A stretch of 64,000 nucleotides of DNA from Candidatus Omnitrophota bacterium (GTDB lineage Bacteria > Omnitrophota > Gorgyraeia > 2-02-FULL-51-18), in assembly GCA_945877765.1 (NCBI GenBank), contig CAMDWQ010000003.1, forward strand, positions 52,168 to 116,167, given 5' to 3'. The first letter of the stretch is position 1. The number at the start of each line of letters is the position of its first letter. Made by a program: the position numbers and the translations under genes. A model generated the notes under the pieces. The model did no database searches. It was given only the letters and a program-made list of their open reading frames with translations, and had not been told where the DNA came from. Below, one piece after another: positions 1 to 8,979 of the stretch.

Positions 1-1992
1 CTTATCCCCAGCGACCCCCAAGACACCATCAAATCCGGCGCGTCCGCGCGCGGGCAGGCTGGCAAACCCTTCTTGGAATTGACGCGCCGTCGGCGATCCA
101 TCGGCGATGGCTCTCAACGTCTGAATCTGTAAAGTCCTCAGCGTATTCACCGAAGAAATCATTTTGGGAGCTTTTTGACCCAGAAGAATCTCGCCCTGGT
201 CCAAAAGAATCTTCTCGTACCTCGCTTGATTGGTTTCCTGGAGGACTTGGGGTGTCAGAGACACGAAAGAAATATTTTTATTTTTGAGCAGGCTCTTAAG
301 GTTTGTGGTGTGGAAGCCTCCAGTGATTAACACAGCAACATTGGATTGAGGATTGAGGACGGAAGGCGGATGGAGGATTGAGGATGGAGGATTGAGGGTG
401 GTGGATGGGACGTTTCCTCGATCCTCAACCCTCGATCCTCGATCCATTCCTCCATCCTCCATCCTCCATCCTCCATCCATTCTTTTGAGTGCTTCATCCA
501 CGAAATGCACGTCTCTCGTATAGGTGAGGCGGTAAAAGTCCTCAGCTTTTTGGACCATGGGGTCATAGCCCTTTTCAAGGAAGACGACGCGCTCGTAATA
601 GGTCTTAAGGTCCATGATCTTCTTATTAAGAAAGCCGGTCAGATGCGTGATTGTAAACCCTTGGGTCAGGACCTGGTAATCGGCGTACTCTTCGGGTGTC
701 AATTGTAGCTTGAAAAGTTTCGTCAGAAGGTACACGGTCTCTTGGGATTTGTGGAGAAGTCTCTCATCCTGTGTCAGGGTCAACTTTGAAAAAATCTCTG
801 ATTCTAGGGACTTTAGTTCCTTTAATATTCCTTGAGGGTTTATGGACTTGGCTTCTTTAAGATAGTCGAAATACTTAAAAAGCTCTGGGTAACCTCTGTT
901 GTTGCGGATAACGGTTTGATCCCCGATTAAAGATTTCGGGGATGACATGGGGTTTAATTTTTCCTCCAAAAAGGTGTAAAACGCTTTGCCTTCTTTGTGT
1001 TCTTGGCTGGAAAGTTTAAAGGGGGTTCTTTGGTCTTTGGCTAGCTCCGCAAACTCTTTCTGGTCTTCGGGGGAAAGAGACTGAATCGCCAATGCCTGCT
1101 CTTCGTTGGCTTTCTGGAAATTGATTTGAGATTCTTTAGTTTTTAATTTATCCAACGTCTTAAGATGGGGGAAAAGATTTAGATCGATAGTCAATCTTTG
1201 GGCGCTGGTTTTGAGATTTTCAAAGTGGTCGGTAAGAGAGACTTGGTCTTTTCTGTATTTGACCGACGCCGCGTCAAAGGATAAAAGAAATTGATTATAA
1301 ATTCTGGGCTTCAACGTATCGATGGTGCTTTGGATTTTCTGGAGGTAGCTTTCAAACGTCTCTCTTTGCTTGGCGACCCCTTTGTAATCCTCGAGTGCTT
1401 TTTTGTAGAGATCCATGTCCTCCACGCCCCAAATCGTGAAATCGTGCTTGGAGGTCAGGTCTAGGTATTCTTCCCCGTGGAGTTCGCCGTTTCTTAAAAA
1501 AGACTCGGCGATTCTTTTTCTTTCTTCAAGGGTGCCGCGGTTTCTAAAGGCAGAGAGAGAATTGTTTCCGACGCCCGCTTCAACAAAAATAGTTTGAAGC
1601 GCCGGTTGATTTGTAAGAAGAATGTCCAAGGTCTTGGCTAGATTAAATTGCCCGGAGGTATTGGTGTGGGCGTCCTGGATGAGGTAAATAGTTTTACCGG
1701 GTCCTGTCACCTGCGGGACTCCGCTGTGCTCGTGTAAATTTTCACTCCGCGCAGCGGAGGCCTCCCCTCCGGCGCCACCCGGAAAAACTATTTTTCCTTT
1801 AATGGTGGAGGAAAACCAGGAGTCTTCTATCGTCGCAATGGATTCTGGAATGCCGAGGTCTATTTTGGGTTTGGCAAAAATATCCAGTTTGACGGCTTTA
1901 AAGTCAGGGTTGGCAAAGGCCACCTGCTCCCACAAAAGCGTTTGGATGAGAATAAAAGAAAGTGTTTTAAAAGGGGCTCTGTGTCGTTTCAT
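1..1992 (-). CDS. Large secreted protein, N-terminal part (runs off the left edge); signal peptide plus TIKI/TraB/ChaN-like N-terminal domain
   Basis: Not in the ORF track because its stop lies outside the window. Manual translation from ATG at 1992 gives MKRHRAPFKTLSFILIQTLLWEQVAFA-NP (Sec-type signal), then IYLIQDAH (1666-1680), FVEAG, WGVEDMDLY (1417-1431), FYRLTYTRD and AVLITGGFHT (310-321). No in-frame stop was seen in the segments read, down to position 1. Confidence 0.88.
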   Translation of the reverse strand, partial: MKRHRAPFKTLSFILIQTLLWEQVAFANPDFKAVKLDIFAKPKIDLGIPESIATIEDSWFSSTIKGKIVFPGGAGGEASAARSENLHEHSGVPQVTGPGKTIYLIQDAHTNTSGQFNLAKTLDILLTNQPALQTIFVEAGVGNNSLSAFRNRGTLEERKRIAESFLRNGELHGEEYLDLTSKHDFTIWGVEDMDLYKKALEDYKGVAKQRETFESYLQKIQSTIDTLKPRIYNQFLLSFDAASVKYRKDQVSLTDHFENLKTSAQRLTIDLNLFPHLKTLDKLKTKESQINFQKANEEQALAIQSLSPEDQKEFAELAKDQRTPFKLSSQEHKEGKAFYTFLEEKLNPMSSPKSLIGDQTVIRNNRGYPELFKYFDYLKEAKSINPQGILKELKSLESEIFSKLTLTQDERLLHKSQETVYLLTKLFKLQLTPEEYADYQVLTQGFTITHLTGFLNKKIMDLKTYYERVVFLEKGYDPMVQKAEDFYRLTYTRDVHFVDEALKRMDGGWRMEDGGMDRGSRVEDRGNVPSTTLNPPSSILHPPSVLNPQSNVAVLITGGFHTTNLKSLLKNKNISFVSLTPQVLQETNQARYEKILLDQGEILLGQKAPKMISSVNTLRTLQIQTLRAIADGSPTARQFQEGFASLPARGRAGFDGVLGVAGDK
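343..480. repeat. Inverted array of heptamer repeats (GGATTGA/GGATGGA vs TCGATCC/TCCATCC) forming a long hairpin, in-frame inside the CDS
   Basis: Purine-rich heptamers at 343-410 are followed by complementary pyrimidine-rich heptamers at 414-480; 138 bp = 46 codons. Confidence 0.9.
918..947. repeat. REP-like half element (GATCCCCGA-N-TCGGGGATGAC) in-frame inside the CDS
   Basis: gatccccgattaaagatttcggggatgaca is near-identical to the right half of the element at 2101-2172. Confidence 0.85.
1686..1793. repeat. 108-bp palindromic (MITE/RPE-like) element in-frame inside the CDS
   Basis: Terminal inverted repeats aaatagttttaccgggt (1686-1702) / acccggaaaaactattt (1777-1793) with 1 mismatch; inner stem ctccgctgtgc (1719-1729) / gcgcagcggag (1749-1759). 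Confidence 0.8.
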
Positions 1993-2100
1993 TCTGGAAA
2001 GTTTACATTCTATATTCTGATTATTCAATGAGTTGTGGAAATTTAGTTCTATAATCTTTTATTAAATCTTTAGCATTTACATACTCTATTATCACTCGCA

Positions 2101-2172
2101 TGTCATTTCCGAAGGCATTAATCGGGAATCAAACGAGGGTATGATCCCCGATAAAAGATTTCGGGGATGACA
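2101..2172. repeat. REP-like double-hairpin element (GTCATYCCCG...CGGGRATC...GATYCCCG...CGGGRATGAC)
   Basis: Same layout as 2971-3035, 23627-23695 and 24236-24305; overlaps the stop codon of the DUF3108 gene. Confidence 0.88.
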
Positions 2173-2959
2173 CGGGGGTGGCAAGGACCCCATTAACGGG
2201 CCCGAAGGGGGTCTTAAACTGAACCCACACCGGGACGCGGCGGGGATCGGCGGTGAAATAGACCCACACGCGTCCTCGGCTAAAAAATACGCCTTTGAGG
2301 CTAGATTTGGGCTCCACGTAAAAAGTATCCACCAAACCGAAGCCGCGTATCGCTTTGGTCTGGGTGCCCAGCACCCGTATCTCGGCGTCCCAATTTTTTT
2401 CCTCGCTGTTGACAAGTGTCTTCGCGGAGCCTCCCACCGACACGGGTTGCAGTCTAAACCAGTAAAACGCACTCACGATATCGTGTATCGCACCGGGAAT
2501 CTCAAACTCTTTGCGCGTCCCATTTTTATACGAGTGGTAAGTCCCTCTTTTCTCCTGAGGGTAAAACTCGATCTCTTCATCCGCGCGGTAGCGGCCCTCG
2601 CTTAAGATTTTTCTAAATTTGAGCGAATGAAAATTTTCGGCGTCAATCCAACTGTGTATTTGGTCATGCACTGGATAGAGTTTTGAGAGAAAATCATTGG
2701 TTCTAGCCTCTGCGGTCACGTGATACGTTGGACGGCCGCGGATTATTTCCATTTCCTTAATTTCAATCTCGCCGTAGCCAACGTTTACCCCCATCCACGA
2801 GACTTCAAAACGGAGCTTTTCTCCAACGGTAAAAAAAGCGTTTGGTTTTTCAATTAAGATTGGGTTGGGCTTGCTGTCTTTTTTTGGAGAAAAGTTAGTC
2901 TGGGCGAAAGCTTGGGAGAGAAAGCAGAGCGAGAAGAAAACGAGAATAAATTTTTTCAT
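2129..2959 (-). CDS. DUF3108-family exported protein
   Basis: Signal peptide; GEKLRFEVSWMG, S-x-I-D, D-x-x-SAFY-x-x-R and RRVPV motifs typical of DUF3108; lies at the end of the LPS operon. Confidence 0.75.
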   Translation of the reverse strand: MKKFILVFFSLCFLSQAFAQTNFSPKKDSKPNPILIEKPNAFFTVGEKLRFEVSWMGVNVGYGEIEIKEMEIIRGRPTYHVTAEARTNDFLSKLYPVHDQIHSWIDAENFHSLKFRKILSEGRYRADEEIEFYPQEKRGTYHSYKNGTRKEFEIPGAIHDIVSAFYWFRLQPVSVGGSAKTLVNSEEKNWDAEIRVLGTQTKAIRGFGLVDTFYVEPKSSLKGVFFSRGRVWVYFTADPRRVPVWVQFKTPFGPVNGVLATPVSSPKSFIGDHTLV

Positions 2960-2970
2960 TTAAAAATACC

Positions 2971-3035
2971 GTCATCCCCGAATGTATTAATCGGGGATCA
3001 TGTCTAGGTTTGATTCCCGCTTGCGCGGGAATGAC
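2971..3035. repeat. REP-like double-hairpin element
   Basis: gtcatccccgaatgtattaatcggggatc...gattcccgcttgcgcgggaatgac; overlaps the stop of the 3004-5055 CDS. Confidence 0.88.
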
Positions 3036-5055
3036 ACAAAGTGTTGGTCATTGATTTGAAAGTCTCCCACACCTCTTCAACACTCACCGCTTTAAGACAT
3101 TCAAAATCAATCGTGCACTCATGCGCCAGACAAACCACACAACCCACATCCTTTTGAATCACCCCGTGGCCCTGCCCCAAAGCTCTCCACCGCACCACCC
3201 CAAGCCCAGGCGAACTCCTGCCAAAAATCGTGAGCGTCCTCGTCCCGACCGCGGATGCCACATGAACAGGGCCTGAATCATTGGAGACAAGCAATTGGCA
3301 TCCGGAAAGAAAACGCGCCAGCTCCTTAAGGCTTAGGCGGTCGGTTAAATTTTCTGTCTGGCCCCCAATTTCACGGGTCAGGTACTCCCCTAATTCTTTT
3401 TCTTCCCGCCCTCCGATGATCACGATCGATGTCGCCGGGTATTGTTCGCGAATTTTACGGCCCAAGGCGGCAAATTTTTCCCGAGGCCAGCGCTTGGAAG
3501 GACAGCTGGCACCGGCGTGAAGCGCAATGATGTTTTTTTCCGGGGGATTGGGGTTACGGCAGTGTTGAAGCATCCCCGTGTAGGAATCGGCGCGATGCGC
3601 CTCGATACCAAACGCCCGCACCACATCCAGAGTGTACTCGGCTTCATGCTTAGCCCCTTCGGACCTCCGGTCGGCAATGGAATGCGTCAATAAAAAACCG
3701 GGCCGTCTTTTAAAGCCCACCCGATAAGGAATCCCCGCAAAAAATGGCACTAGATACGACCGCAAACTGGGATTTAAAATAAAAACGACGTCGAATTTGT
3801 GGCGAATGATTTCGTAAATAAAGCGAAAATTTCCCAGAATGCCGTGATGCCGCCCCCCGCGCTCATAAAAATAAGGTAGAACCTTATTGACCGCCGGATG
3901 GCCCTCGACCAAAGGCGCCGTCGCCGGCCTTGTCATCACGGAAATGGACGCATTGGGAAAGCGGTCCCGAATAGCCTGCATCGCCGGAAGTGACAGCACC
4001 ACATCGCCGATCCGATCCAGGCGAATAACCAGCACCTTAAAATTCTTCCGGTCAATCGTGTCATTTAAAATCGCCAGTGCTTTTTGGTGGACCTCGTCAA
4101 CACCCAGCTCTTTCATGCACTCGTGCTTATAGCGGCACTGCGCTTTTTCGCATGGCGAACAAAAAACCAGGCGCCTTGCCACACTGCTATTGCGATAACG
4201 CGGACCATATTTCTTGGGGTCAGTGGGTCCAAAAATTGCCAGCACCGGGCGGCGCAGTGCATCGGCGATGTGAAGCGGTGCACTGTCATTGGTAATGACA
4301 AGATCTGCTTTTTGGACTATAGACAGAAGTTCCATAAAATTGCTTCGACCGCACACATTTTCCGGCTTGGATTTCATTAGCGCTGCTACTTTGGCAGCAT
4401 CCACGGCGTCGTTTTTATCTCCGATCAATACAATCCTGCAATTTTCTTCCTCTGCCAAACGGTCCAAAAGCTTGGCGTAATACTCCACGGGCCATTTTTT
4501 GATATCGCTCTTGGATCCAGGTGCTGCCAGGATAATCCGCTGCCCGGCATCCTGAGCCTGCCGGATAAAAGGAAATAGCTCGCTCCCCTCTCCCGTGGCC
4601 CGCTCCCATAAATAAGAGCGTGTGTGATGAATGGGGAGCAATTTCTTTAAAACATAAAGATGCCGTAATACACGGTGGGAACGTTTTCCGGGCAAAATAG
4701 AGAAGTACGAATTGCGGTAGCGCGCACCCCCCAACAAGCCAAAAAGAGAACGACGCAAATCCAGAATCAAATCATACTTCTGGGCCCGAATCTCCCGAAG
4801 CATTTCCCACTTTTGCGAAAGAGTGGCTTTTTTATCGTATAAAATGACGCGTCTTAAGCGCTCGTCCCCTTCAAAAACATCGCGGCCGCCGCTACCGACA
4901 ATCACGTCCACCGATGCCGATGGGCACGCTTCCCGCACCAGCCCAAACACCGGCAGTGTCATTACCACATCGCCTAAATTGGAAAGCGTCACAATGAGTA
5001 TTTTTTTTATTTTGGCGGGGTTTTTGGTTTTCATGTCGGCTCCAAGAATTGGCAA
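3004..5055 (-). CDS. Tandem double GT9 (WaaC/WaaF-like) LPS heptosyltransferase; true start probably MKTKN near 5034
   Basis: Two complete GT9 units: LSNLGDVV...KKWP...TNDSAPLHIA and LDRIGDVV...KRWP...SNDSGPVHVA. Confidence 0.9.
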   Translation of the reverse strand: MPILGADMKTKNPAKIKKILIVTLSNLGDVVMTLPVFGLVREACPSASVDVIVGSGGRDVFEGDERLRRVILYDKKATLSQKWEMLREIRAQKYDLILDLRRSLFGLLGGARYRNSYFSILPGKRSHRVLRHLYVLKKLLPIHHTRSYLWERATGEGSELFPFIRQAQDAGQRIILAAPGSKSDIKKWPVEYYAKLLDRLAEEENCRIVLIGDKNDAVDAAKVAALMKSKPENVCGRSNFMELLSIVQKADLVITNDSAPLHIADALRRPVLAIFGPTDPKKYGPRYRNSSVARRLVFCSPCEKAQCRYKHECMKELGVDEVHQKALAILNDTIDRKNFKVLVIRLDRIGDVVLSLPAMQAIRDRFPNASISVMTRPATAPLVEGHPAVNKVLPYFYERGGRHHGILGNFRFIYEIIRHKFDVVFILNPSLRSYLVPFFAGIPYRVGFKRRPGFLLTHSIADRRSEGAKHEAEYTLDVVRAFGIEAHRADSYTGMLQHCRNPNPPEKNIIALHAGASCPSKRWPREKFAALGRKIREQYPATSIVIIGGREEKELGEYLTREIGGQTENLTDRLSLKELARFLSGCQLLVSNDSGPVHVASAVGTRTLTIFGRSSPGLGVVRWRALGQGHGVIQKDVGCVVCLAHECTIDFECLKAVSVEEVWETFKSMTNTLCHSRASGNQT

Positions 5056-6056
5056 GTAGCCAAAAAGACATCCTTAGGCAAAAGAAAATCCATGCACACA
5101 CGGTAATTGCAAGTATGGAAATAGCAGGGCACACGGCAGCCGACATCCTTTTGAAGAATCATTACCGGTGCTTCCGAGACAGGCCCTGTTTCCAGCGGAG
5201 ACGTCGGGCCAAATAATCCAATAATTTTTGTTTTTTGGCTGGCTGCCAAATGAATGGGCCCCGAATCATTGGACAGAAGAAAGCGTGAGCCTGCAAGAAG
5301 AAGCGCGAGCGAATCAAAAGAGGTTTTACCGCACAGAGAAATCACTCCACCGTCTGTCGAAAATTTAGATAAAATCTTGTCCACAACCCCCTGCTCACTG
5401 CTGGTCCCGCAGAGGATGACTTTCCACGGATACTTTTCCCTAAAAAAATAGATCCACTGTGAAAAATATTCGGCGGGCCATCGCTTGAGATTCCAGTTAC
5501 CTCCTGCGTGGACAACCACGTAAGGCTGGGAAGGCAGCACACCAGCCTCCTGCATCAACTTGGCAAACTCATCTGCCGCTGACGGTTTAGGAAAAAATTC
5601 GGGAATGCGGCCGCCGGGAAAAATTCCCAATCGATCCACCAGATACAGAAAATAATCAATTCGATGCAGTCGTTCTTTGGAGGGCTCGATCGCGCGGCTT
5701 AAGAGAGGTGAGCGTCCGGGCGCTGCATATCCCCATCGCTCCCGAACATCCGCAAGACGAGTCAACCACATCTTTGTTTTTGAGCGGTGAAAAAAAATGG
5801 CCGTATCAAATTGCTTTGCCCGCAGCAAAGAAACCATCCTCCAAAACTTCGGCGAAAAAAAAGATAGTCGATCTTCACACACAATAATTTCGTTAATGCT
5901 GGGGTTGTACTTGAGCGCTACTTCTGCGCGGGGTGCGACCAAACAAGCAATGTGAGCTGTGGGATATTTTTTTCGTACCGCGCGAATAGCCGGAGTGGCG
6001 AACAAAACATCCCCCAGCCAGTTTTGCTGCACCAGAAGGATTCTAGTCGTTGCCAT
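5031..6056 (-). CDS. waaF: LPS heptosyltransferase II (GT9)
   Basis: NWLGDVLF, KRWP, SNDSGPIHLA, FGPT motifs. Confidence 0.85.
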   Translation of the reverse strand: MATTRILLVQQNWLGDVLFATPAIRAVRKKYPTAHIACLVAPRAEVALKYNPSINEIIVCEDRLSFFSPKFWRMVSLLRAKQFDTAIFFHRSKTKMWLTRLADVRERWGYAAPGRSPLLSRAIEPSKERLHRIDYFLYLVDRLGIFPGGRIPEFFPKPSAADEFAKLMQEAGVLPSQPYVVVHAGGNWNLKRWPAEYFSQWIYFFREKYPWKVILCGTSSEQGVVDKILSKFSTDGGVISLCGKTSFDSLALLLAGSRFLLSNDSGPIHLAASQKTKIIGLFGPTSPLETGPVSEAPVMILQKDVGCRVPCYFHTCNYRVCMDFLLPKDVFLATCQFLEPT

Positions 6057-6819
6057 ACTTGGCCTTGACGCGTTTCTTTCCTAGATGATAAAAACCGGTT
6101 GTTTTAAGCCAAAAATTAAAAAGATTTCCGCGGGCGTCGCTAATCTTTACACGGTGAATCGCATAAGGATCTAATGGACGGCTGGCATAGTTAGTGGTCA
6201 CCGCACCCTCAAAACCGGCATTTTCAACCGCACGATTGATGGGGAATGTCATCCCCCCTGCCGGATAACTAAACAAAGTGACGGGATGCCCCAAAATCTC
6301 CTCAAGTTGACGCTTTGAATCAACGATTTCTTTTTGCGCTTGGGCCGGCAGAAGCTCAGGCAAAAACTGATGGGTAACGGTGTGACTGCCAATGGCGATA
6401 TCAGAACCGCCCAAAATCCTCAAATCTTCCTCCGAAAGCCAATCCTCTTTCCCGATATTACCGCTGATCATAAAGATGGTCGCGGGAAAACCCATTTTTT
6501 TTAAAACAGGGAAGGCGTTTTTAAAATTGTCTAGATACCCGTCATCGAAGGTGATAACGACTGAATTCATCGGGATAGGCTCCTGCGCTTTCATTTTACG
6601 GATAAGTTCGGCGAGGGGTATTACCTCCATCCTGTGCGCTTTTAAAAATTCCATCTGTCTGTGAAAATTTTCAGGCGTCACAAAAAGACCGTGATTATTA
6701 TCAGGGGATCCCACGCGGTGATACATCAAAACCGGAGGCTCGTACAAGGACCGCGCAATCGACGGCAAGGCGGCAAAAAAAACAAGAACAAGCGCAATAG
6801 TCAGAATATTTTTTTTCAT
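6043..6819 (-). CDS. Polysaccharide deacetylase (CE4/NodB, IcaB-like), exported
   Basis: LMYH, ITFDDGY, GSHTVTH, FSYP motifs; N-terminal hydrophobic segment. Confidence 0.9.
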   Translation of the reverse strand: MKKNILTIALVLVFFAALPSIARSLYEPPVLMYHRVGSPDNNHGLFVTPENFHRQMEFLKAHRMEVIPLAELIRKMKAQEPIPMNSVVITFDDGYLDNFKNAFPVLKKMGFPATIFMISGNIGKEDWLSEEDLRILGGSDIAIGSHTVTHQFLPELLPAQAQKEIVDSKRQLEEILGHPVTLFSYPAGGMTFPINRAVENAGFEGAVTTNYASRPLDPYAIHRVKISDARGNLFNFWLKTTGFYHLGKKRVKAKYGND

Positions 6820-6834
6820 AAAAATACCAACTCC

Positions 6835-8979
6835 TTAGACACCCAGCTCTTTAAGTTTTTCAGAGGTCTGGCGGTCGGGCAGTGAACCTACCGACTTTTC
6901 ATTGGCAAAAAAAAGCGTTGAATCCAGTATTTCCTGGACTGTAATTTTTTTCATGCAAGGATGCCCAATGGGACAGCTGCGCAAATAACAAGGGCTGCAT
7001 TGAAGCTCTTTCCAGAATACCTGATAACGCAAAGGTGCGACCAAATGCCTTCGGGGATCTGTGGGTCCAAAAATCGCTATCAATGGCACCCCCACACTTG
7101 CCGCTATATGCATGGGTGCCGAATCAGAACTGATAAATACCTGGCATCGCCGCACCAGGGACACCAACTCACTGATCGACGTTTTTGCCACCGCATTAAT
7201 CGGTTTGTTTCTCGTCAAGCTGAATAGTTCCTCCGCCATCGGGATATCTTCGGCAGATCCGGTAATCACCACGCGAATATTGCGCTTGGCTAGCTCATCG
7301 CAAAGTTTCGCAAAATTTTCAACGGGCCACTGCTTCGTTGGCCAGCGCAGTGAAGAACCGGGGTTTATTCCCACTAATGTCTGACTTGGCGATACCCACT
7401 GAGATTCCAAAAACAAGCGGATGCGCTCGTCTTCCTCTTTCTGAGTCCACATTTCAAGACGCCGGTCCAAATGCTCGACCCCGACCAGTTTGAGTACCTG
7501 AAACTGATGCTCCAACGCCCCTAATCCCGGCGGCGAATCTTTCGTCTTTCGATTTAGAAAAAAAGCCCATTTCCTATTGTCATGTCCCGCCCGCAGTCGT
7601 GCCCCGGAACAAAAGGCTAGTAGATGGCTGATGCGGTTGTTTTGAAGATCCACCACCATATCAAAATCCTCATCCGACAAAAGACGCGTCATCTTCCACA
7701 GGGCCCTCATTTTATTTTTCCCAGGCATATCAAAAACAATGGTGTCATTGATGTAAGGGCAATTGCGGATAATGTTCCGTGCTTTTCTGCCAACGAGCAC
7801 CGAAAGATGGCTATTCGGAAACTTCTCCCGCAGAGCTCGTAAGGAAGGTAGGCTCAAAATGACATCCCCCAAAGCGCTAAGCTTAATCACCAAAATCTTT
7901 TTTTTGGCAACGGCCTCTTCGTAGACTTTTAAAGTTTTCTGAAACATTAGATCCAAATGAAATTCTTTATCCACTCTTGCTTTAAGAGAAAGCGCGCATT
8001 GCCGTGCAAACGCCGGATCCTTAAGATAGCGAAATACCGCATCCGCCAAAATCCTGGGGTCGTCGGGGGGAACCAAAAGACCGTCTCTTTCATGCTCCAA
8101 GATATCCACCAAACCGCCCATCCGCGTCGTCACCACCGGCACACCGGCAGCCCCCGCTTCGATTACCACTCTCCCAAAAGCCTCCTCGCCGACCGAAGGT
8201 GCCACTAAAATTGTCATTTTTGATAGCAGTTCGGCAATGTCATAACGGGTGCCAAGAAATTCAACTGCCTGCGACAAACCCAGATGCTTTACCAAAGAAA
8301 GCAGCTCGTCCTTGTACTGCGGTTTAGGCGCGTCTCCAATAATCTGAATTTTTACATGGGGATAGACACGCGAAACACGCGCCATGGCCTTAAGAAATAA
8401 CGGGTGCCCTTTAATCGGCGTCAACCGGCCGATGAGTCCGATGACAATATTTTTTGAAAAAACATCATCCGGTCTCTCATTAAATTTAAATTCATCCAAG
8501 TTAACACCGCGGGGGATCAGGCGAATTCTCGAATGCGGCACTCCAAAATCATCACGCATTCTTTTGCCGATAATATGACTGGCGACAATCACCAGCTTTC
8601 CCCACCCCATCACTCGGCTTAAAAGATGTTTGGAATAAAAACCGTGGCAGGTTGTCACTAGCGGAACATTCGTCCGGCGGCTGACAAAAAAAGCAATGAG
8701 TGCCGGGACTCGGCTTCGCGCATGAAGGACGTCAATTTTTTCAAGAACGACAATTTTGGAAAGCTCTCGAATGGCAACCAAGACAGAAAAAATATTTTTT
8801 TTGTGAACTGGGAGTGCGTAGTGTTTCACCCCCGCCGAAGTCAAATCCCCGACCATCGCGCCCCCAGCAGACACCACCACGGCACGGTGGCCGTTTTTCT
8901 GGAGATAACACGCCAAGTCGACAGTACCGCGCTCAACACCGCCCGACTGAAGTTCGGGTAAAATCTGAAGAATGTTCAT
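6835..8979 (-). CDS. GT4 glycosyltransferase fused to GT9 heptosyltransferase
   Basis: N-half GGVERGT...HARSRVPA...EAFGRVVIEA (GT4); C-half KLSALGDV...KQWP...SSDSAPMHIA (GT9). Confidence 0.9.
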   Translation of the reverse strand: MNILQILPELQSGGVERGTVDLACYLQKNGHRAVVVSAGGAMVGDLTSAGVKHYALPVHKKNIFSVLVAIRELSKIVVLEKIDVLHARSRVPALIAFFVSRRTNVPLVTTCHGFYSKHLLSRVMGWGKLVIVASHIIGKRMRDDFGVPHSRIRLIPRGVNLDEFKFNERPDDVFSKNIVIGLIGRLTPIKGHPLFLKAMARVSRVYPHVKIQIIGDAPKPQYKDELLSLVKHLGLSQAVEFLGTRYDIAELLSKMTILVAPSVGEEAFGRVVIEAGAAGVPVVTTRMGGLVDILEHERDGLLVPPDDPRILADAVFRYLKDPAFARQCALSLKARVDKEFHLDLMFQKTLKVYEEAVAKKKILVIKLSALGDVILSLPSLRALREKFPNSHLSVLVGRKARNIIRNCPYINDTIVFDMPGKNKMRALWKMTRLLSDEDFDMVVDLQNNRISHLLAFCSGARLRAGHDNRKWAFFLNRKTKDSPPGLGALEHQFQVLKLVGVEHLDRRLEMWTQKEEDERIRLFLESQWVSPSQTLVGINPGSSLRWPTKQWPVENFAKLCDELAKRNIRVVITGSAEDIPMAEELFSLTRNKPINAVAKTSISELVSLVRRCQVFISSDSAPMHIAASVGVPLIAIFGPTDPRRHLVAPLRYQVFWKELQCSPCYLRSCPIGHPCMKKITVQEILDSTLFFANEKSVGSLPDRQTSEKLKELGV

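Noticed and set aside
327-578. 83-aa ORF with WRMEDGG/PSSIL repeats
   Set aside because: Alternative-frame reading of the heptamer hairpin inside the real 1-1992 gene.
2060-2090. sigma54 promoter upstream of the large gene
   Set aside because: TGCT is present but the -24 GG at the correct spacing is missing.
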